This document shows positions 6,397-9,684 of a stretch of DNA of 9,684 bases, in pieces. The notes below the pieces were generated by a model. That model ran no database searches and was not told where the DNA came from. It was given only the letters and a program-made list of their open reading frames with translations. The stretch lies in assembly GCA_027031765.1 (NCBI GenBank), contig JALVPN010000189.1, positions 1 to 9,684 on the forward strand, written 5' to 3'. Each line of letters starts with the position of its first letter. The stretch's first letter is position 1. The position numbers and the translations under genes were made by a program. Source of the stretch: Promethearchaeota archaeon. GTDB taxonomy: Archaea > Asgardarchaeota > Thorarchaeia > Thorarchaeales > Thorarchaeaceae.

Positions 6397-7121
6397 TGGT
6401 GCGCAGACTGGAAGGACAGTCACAGAAACGTCTGGTGGCCGGCGTGGTCGTTGTGGTCGCGGTCGTCGGTGCGTTCCTCATTGCATATGGCGGCCGCCTC
6501 CTGAGCCCGCAACATAGTGGTGACCCGACCTACCACCACACGCTCACAATCAGCCCTGGCACTGCGTCATCAGTGGTCTGGGAGCTAGAACAGGGCCTCG
6601 GTGTCTACGGTGTGTTCAACGTGACCAGTCCGACGTCGCCCCCTGACAACGTGGTCAACTTCTTCATCTGCGACAAGGAGTCCTACAACGCGTGGGTCAA
6701 CGGGTCATCAGTCACACGGTACCTCTTTCGGACGGCCTCTGACAGCAGCTTCAAGTTCCGGATCCCACACCACTCCACATGGTACTTTGTGTTCGACAAC
6801 AATGCCACTGATGTCACAAAGGTCGTCCAGGTGACCGTGTCGCAGGACGCCACTCCTCCTGACATCGAGACCAACATTGTCGGGGGTGCCACGTACTCTG
6901 GCGTGGTCAGCGTCCACGCAACAATCACCGACCGCTTTGAGATATCAATCGTGGAGTTCCTGGTGGACGGCGCAGTGGTCACTACCACGATGGGCGACGA
7001 GTTCGCATATGACTGGGACACATCCCTGTGGGCCAACGGTGAGCACACGGTGACTCTGCGGGCTGCTGACTCGGTCGGCAACAGCAGGTCTATAGAGTAC
7101 AAGGTCACCATTGCCAACTGA
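6396..7121 (+). CDS. Membrane-anchored or secreted protein, about 241 aa: N-terminal TM, GOLD/emp24-like beta domain and C-terminal bacterial Ig-like (Big_7-type) domain
   Basis: A basic N-terminus precedes hydrophobic 'LVAGVVVVVAVVGAFLIAY' (6432-6488). The middle domain contains 'VNFFICDKESYNAWVNG...FKFRIPHHSTWYFVFDN'. The C-terminal domain 'DATPP...VEFLVDG...YDWDTSLWANGEHTVTLRAADSVGN' is the classic Big-type Ig pattern. The Ig call is confident and the GOLD call is tentative. Confidence 0.85.
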   Translation: MVRRLEGQSQKRLVAGVVVVVAVVGAFLIAYGGRLLSPQHSGDPTYHHTLTISPGTASSVVWELEQGLGVYGVFNVTSPTSPPDNVVNFFICDKESYNAWVNGSSVTRYLFRTASDSSFKFRIPHHSTWYFVFDNNATDVTKVVQVTVSQDATPPDIETNIVGGATYSGVVSVHATITDRFEISIVEFLVDGAVVTTTMGDEFAYDWDTSLWANGEHTVTLRAADSVGNSRSIEYKVTIAN

Positions 7122-7280
7122 TGCCGCGCAGCCGCTCACTGCATGGTGGCATCGCCTTGTCCATGATGTCGTGGGAGCCGTTTCTGAACTTGGGGCCGCT
7201 GTCACTGCTGCGCTGCTGGTACCGTGTTGCCACACATGTGCGGGACAGCCACCGGCCCTGGCCCCCCGTGGGACCGACGA

Positions 7281-7303
7281 GGGCACGGCCCGGTCCTGTG
7301 CCC
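7281..7303 (+). other. GC-rich hairpin in the intergenic region
   Basis: GGGCACGG (7281-7288) pairs with CC-T-GTGCCC (7295-7303) with one bulged T. Confidence 0.35.
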
Positions 7304-7316
7304 CGTGGCTGAAGTC

Positions 7317-7330
7317 ACAACTGTTTTTAT
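7317..7330 (+). promoter_or_regulatory. Candidate promoter (TATA box TTTTTAT preceded by ACAACTG) for the dehydrogenase gene; the T-tract could instead terminate the thrS transcript
   Basis: ACAACTGTTTTTAT ends 52 nt upstream of GTG 7383 and is strongly AT-rich against the background. Confidence 0.55.
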
Positions 7331-7382
7331 CCAGCACGCACAGGGCATCCCAGAGCACTGAACCCAGAGGATGTGTTACTGA

Positions 7383-8525
7383 GTGAAGGTATTAGTTGTT
7401 GGCTCGGGCAAGATGGGTCGGGGCATAGCCTTCGACCTAGTGAGGAACCCTGACGTCGAGGAGGTCGTCATATCGGACATCAACGAGTCTGCGGCGCGCC
7501 AGGTCGCTGGGACTGTGGGGCCGAAGGCACGGCCTGTCCAGCTCGATGCCCGTGACAAAGGGCAGCTGGAGAAGGCCTTCTCCGAAGTGGATGTCGCAGT
7601 CAGTGCTGTCAGCTACTCTGTGAACGAGCTCCACACGCGCGTCGCAATTGAGACCGGTACTCACATGTGCGACTTGGGCGGGAACTTGAAGGTTGTCATG
7701 AAACAGCTCGAGATGCACGACGATGCACGTGATGCGGGTGTGACCATAGTCCCAGACTGTGGCCTGGCGCCTGGGCTTGTGAGTGTGCTTGTGCGTGCCG
7801 GCATAGAGTACCTGACGCAGCCCGAGGTGGTGAAGATCCGGGTGGGCGGCCTACAGCAGGAGCCACGCCCGCCGCTGAACTACTCGCTGATCTTCTCTGT
7901 GGAGGGGCTCATCAACGAGTACGTGGAACCATGTATGGTGCTCCGCGACGGCAAGATAACATACGAGGAACCACTGGTGGGCTTCGAGCAGGTGGAGTTC
8001 CCTGAGCCCTTCGGGACCCTCGAGGCGTTCAACACCAGCGGTGGTACGTCCACACTGCCACTGACATACGAGGGTGTTGTGAAGGAGCTGGACTACAAGA
8101 CGATCCGGTATCCCGGCCACGGACACAAGATGTGGTGCCTGATGAAGCTGGGTCTCATGGACAGTGAGGAACAGGACTTTGGTGGCGTCCGGATTGCACC
8201 ACGCAAGGTCTTGGAAACGCTCCTGGAGCGCAACCTCCCCCCAACGGGCAAGGACGTAACACTTGTGCGGGTCACCGTGTCCGGTTGGAAGGGCCCCGAG
8301 TCGCGTACCGTCGTGTACGAGATAGTTGACTACTATGACGAGGCCACTGGACTGACCTCCATGACGCGGATGACGGCATTCCCTGCATCGGTGGCAGCCA
8401 CAATGACCGTTGATGGCACCGTCACCGAAAGGGGCGTCCTCCCCCCTGAGCGCTCACTCCCACCCGAGCACTTCATCACTGCCCTCCGAGAGAGGGGCAT
8501 CAACATTGAACAGCGAGTCGTATGA
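7383..8525 (+). CDS. Saccharopine dehydrogenase-family NAD(P)-dependent oxidoreductase (L-lysine 6-dehydrogenase-like), 380 aa
   Basis: Rossmann motif 'VLVVGSGKMG', plus family motifs 'DCGLAPG', 'VGGLQQEPRPPLNYSLIFSVEGLINEY', 'EAFNTSGGTSTL', 'YKTIRYPGH' and 'MTRMTAFPA'. The family call is confident. Exact substrate cannot be read from sequence. Confidence 0.9.
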   Translation: MKVLVVGSGKMGRGIAFDLVRNPDVEEVVISDINESAARQVAGTVGPKARPVQLDARDKGQLEKAFSEVDVAVSAVSYSVNELHTRVAIETGTHMCDLGGNLKVVMKQLEMHDDARDAGVTIVPDCGLAPGLVSVLVRAGIEYLTQPEVVKIRVGGLQQEPRPPLNYSLIFSVEGLINEYVEPCMVLRDGKITYEEPLVGFEQVEFPEPFGTLEAFNTSGGTSTLPLTYEGVVKELDYKTIRYPGHGHKMWCLMKLGLMDSEEQDFGGVRIAPRKVLETLLERNLPPTGKDVTLVRVTVSGWKGPESRTVVYEIVDYYDEATGLTSMTRMTAFPASVAATMTVDGTVTERGVLPPERSLPPEHFITALRERGINIEQRVV

Positions 8526-8679
8526 CACATGCTCCGGGTCGTGGTGGCTGCCGTGCAATGCATGCGTGGGGATCACAGGACCCGCCAGGCCACACGCCAC
8601 CTCCGGCCCACGTCCTGAGGGCCCGGGCCAGCGTACCAGCTGTGTACCGAGCTGCACCTCGTCCCTGATGTCAATATGG

Positions 8680-8693
8680 ACAACTGTTAACTA
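8680..8693 (+). promoter_or_regulatory. Candidate promoter (ACAACTG followed by TTAACTA) for the threonine ammonia-lyase gene
   Basis: ACAACTGTTAACTA is an AT-rich island ending 36 nt upstream of TTG 8730. SD-like GGTG at 8719-8722 lies 7 nt before the TTG. Confidence 0.5.
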
Positions 8694-8729
8694 GTAGCGT
8701 GTGTCACGTCCGGTACGTGGTGTAACGGC

Positions 8730-9684
8730 TTGAAGTACAGTCGGCTGTTCGAGAAGATACTGGACGCCCGTGAAGTCCTGCGGGACATCAAGCACACCAC
8801 GCGTCTTGACCACTCGTCCACATTCAGCAAGCTGTCCGGTGGCGACATGTACCTCAAACTGGAGAACCTCCAGAAGACAGGCTCGTTCAAGGTGCGTGGT
8901 GCGGCCTATGCCATGTCGCAGCTCTCGGAGGAAGAGAAGAGGGCTGGTGTGATTGCAGCATCGGCGGGGAACCATGCTCAGGGCGTGGCCTATGCTGCGA
9001 GCAGGCTCGGCATCAGGTCGACCATAGTGATGCCACGCTTCTCACCCGTGGCCAAGATAAATGCCACCCGCAGCTATGGTGCCGAGGTCGTCCTGCACGG
9101 CGCCACTTTCGACGACGCCCTTGCATTCGCCCTCAAGACCGCCGACAGGACAGGTGCCACGTTCCTGCACCCCTTCGACAACGAGGACGTGATTGCTGGT
9201 CAGGGCACCATCGGTCTTGAGATCATGCAGGAGCTGCCTGATACTGATGTCATTGCCGTCCCGGTGGGTGGTGGGGGGCTGGCAGCAGGGATTGCGGTTG
9301 CTGCAAAGCACATGCGTCCCGAGGTCGAGGTCTACGGTGTCGAGGCCGAAACGGCCGCCTCAATGCACGCCTCTTTCGAGGCCGGTGCCGTGCGTGGGGT
9401 CGACAGGTTGGATACCATCTGCGATGGGATTGCCGTCAAGCGCGTCGGAGAGCTCACCTTTGCGATTGCAAAGGACCTGCTGTCAGGAGTGGTCACTGTC
9501 GACGAGATGCAGGTCACGAGGACGCTCTTCCTACTGTTGGAACGCGCAAAGATTGTTGTCGAACCCGCCGGCTGCGTTGGCCTCTGTGCGTTCCAGCACA
9601 GGGTCATTGACGTTTCCGACAGGAAGGCTGTGGCCGTACTCTCTGGAGGGAACATCGACATGAGCTTCATGTCCCGTCTCATTG
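8730..9684 (+). CDS. ilvA: PLP-dependent threonine ammonia-lyase (threonine dehydratase), 3'-truncated by the window edge
   Basis: Translated by hand because the ORF track omits it (no stop in window). It reads MKYSRLFEKILDAREVL...MYLKLENLQKTGSFKVRGA (PLP Lys54, codon 8889-8891), SAGNHAQGVA, HPFDNEDVIAGQGTIGLE, VPVGGGGL, DGIAV, EPAG, LSGGNID. TTG 8730 is the first start codon after the in-frame TAA at 8688-8690. Biosynthetic (IlvA) versus catabolic (TdcB) role cannot be decided without the C-terminus. Confidence 0.93.
   Translation, partial: MKYSRLFEKILDAREVLRDIKHTTRLDHSSTFSKLSGGDMYLKLENLQKTGSFKVRGAAYAMSQLSEEEKRAGVIAASAGNHAQGVAYAASRLGIRSTIVMPRFSPVAKINATRSYGAEVVLHGATFDDALAFALKTADRTGATFLHPFDNEDVIAGQGTIGLEIMQELPDTDVIAVPVGGGGLAAGIAVAAKHMRPEVEVYGVEAETAASMHASFEAGAVRGVDRLDTICDGIAVKRVGELTFAIAKDLLSGVVTVDEMQVTRTLFLLLERAKIVVEPAGCVGLCAFQHRVIDVSDRKAVAVLSGGNIDMSFMSRLI

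Noticed and set aside
7371-7382. Mini-ORF ATG-TGT-TAC-TGA in frame with and abutting the dehydrogenase GTG start (possible uORF or Sec read-through)
   Set aside because: The GAGG abuts this ATG with no spacing. Homologs, as I recall them, start at 'MKVLV', so no conserved Cys position exists for a Sec, and I saw no SECIS-like element. Most likely chance.
38-8525. Selenocysteine or pyrrolysine recoding in the Fe-S or other genes
   Set aside because: All motif cysteines use TGC/TGT, and every TGA/TAG stop falls at a natural domain end.
8503-8604. Perfect SD (GGAGGTGG) on the minus strand at 8597-8604 suggesting a small antisense gene
   Set aside because: The downstream GTG frames give only a 6-aa peptide and an approximately 31-aa low-quality peptide that overlaps the dehydrogenase 3' end. 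I saw no promoter.
3326-8629. Recurrent CCCGGGCC/GGCCCGGG words in spacers (3353, 3846, 4353, 8622)
   Set aside because: The word also occurs inside coding sequence (1923, 5543). It is a low-complexity all-GC 8-mer in a GC-rich genome, with no consistent flanks or spacing, so it is not a supportable REP-like element.
51-9682. Numerous alternative-frame and antisense ORFs in the track (e.g. 146..778-, 1076..1675-, 2698..3117+, 3280..3891+, 3398..3979+, 5467..6021-, 6683..7117-, 9193..9663+, 9332..9682-)
   Set aside because: They overlap well-supported genes, have Arg/Pro/Ser/Cys-rich shadow-ORF composition typical of high-GC DNA, and carry no recognisable motifs.
1-9684. CRISPR array, tRNA/rRNA genes, IS/transposase, integrase or defence genes
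   Set aside because: I saw no regularly spaced repeats, no T-loop (GTTCRA) cloverleaf, no terminal inverted repeats and no nuclease or recombinase motifs on either strand.

Overview
High-GC (about 60% by eye), gene-dense archaeal DNA. The archaeal call rests on a full-length archaeal-type ThrRS with the N-terminal DTD-like editing domain and on GGAGGTG-type ribosome-binding sites. An Asgard (Thorarchaeia-like) origin is plausible but is only an inference. Nine CDSs are supported. In order: a coupled FAD-linked oxidoreductase plus double-CCG Fe-S protein pair (+); a small 2-TM membrane protein and a stand-alone EF-Tu-domain-II/U32-C-like beta-barrel protein (-); a Cys-rich zinc-finger-like 2-TM protein (+); thrS coupled to a membrane-anchored GOLD-like/Ig-like protein (+); a saccharopine/lysine-6-dehydrogenase-family enzyme (+); and a threonine ammonia-lyase (+) that runs off the right edge and is missing from the supplied ORF track. 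I found no rRNA, tRNA, CRISPR array or mobile element. Most of the window is ordinary metabolism and housekeeping. The best leads are the GOLD-like+Ig surface protein coupled to thrS, the TRASH/FCS-like zinc-finger membrane protein, a flavoprotein that lacks the GlcD/D-LDH metal ligands, and a 9-bp motif shared upstream of the Lys- and Thr-converting genes. None is proven novel from sequence alone.
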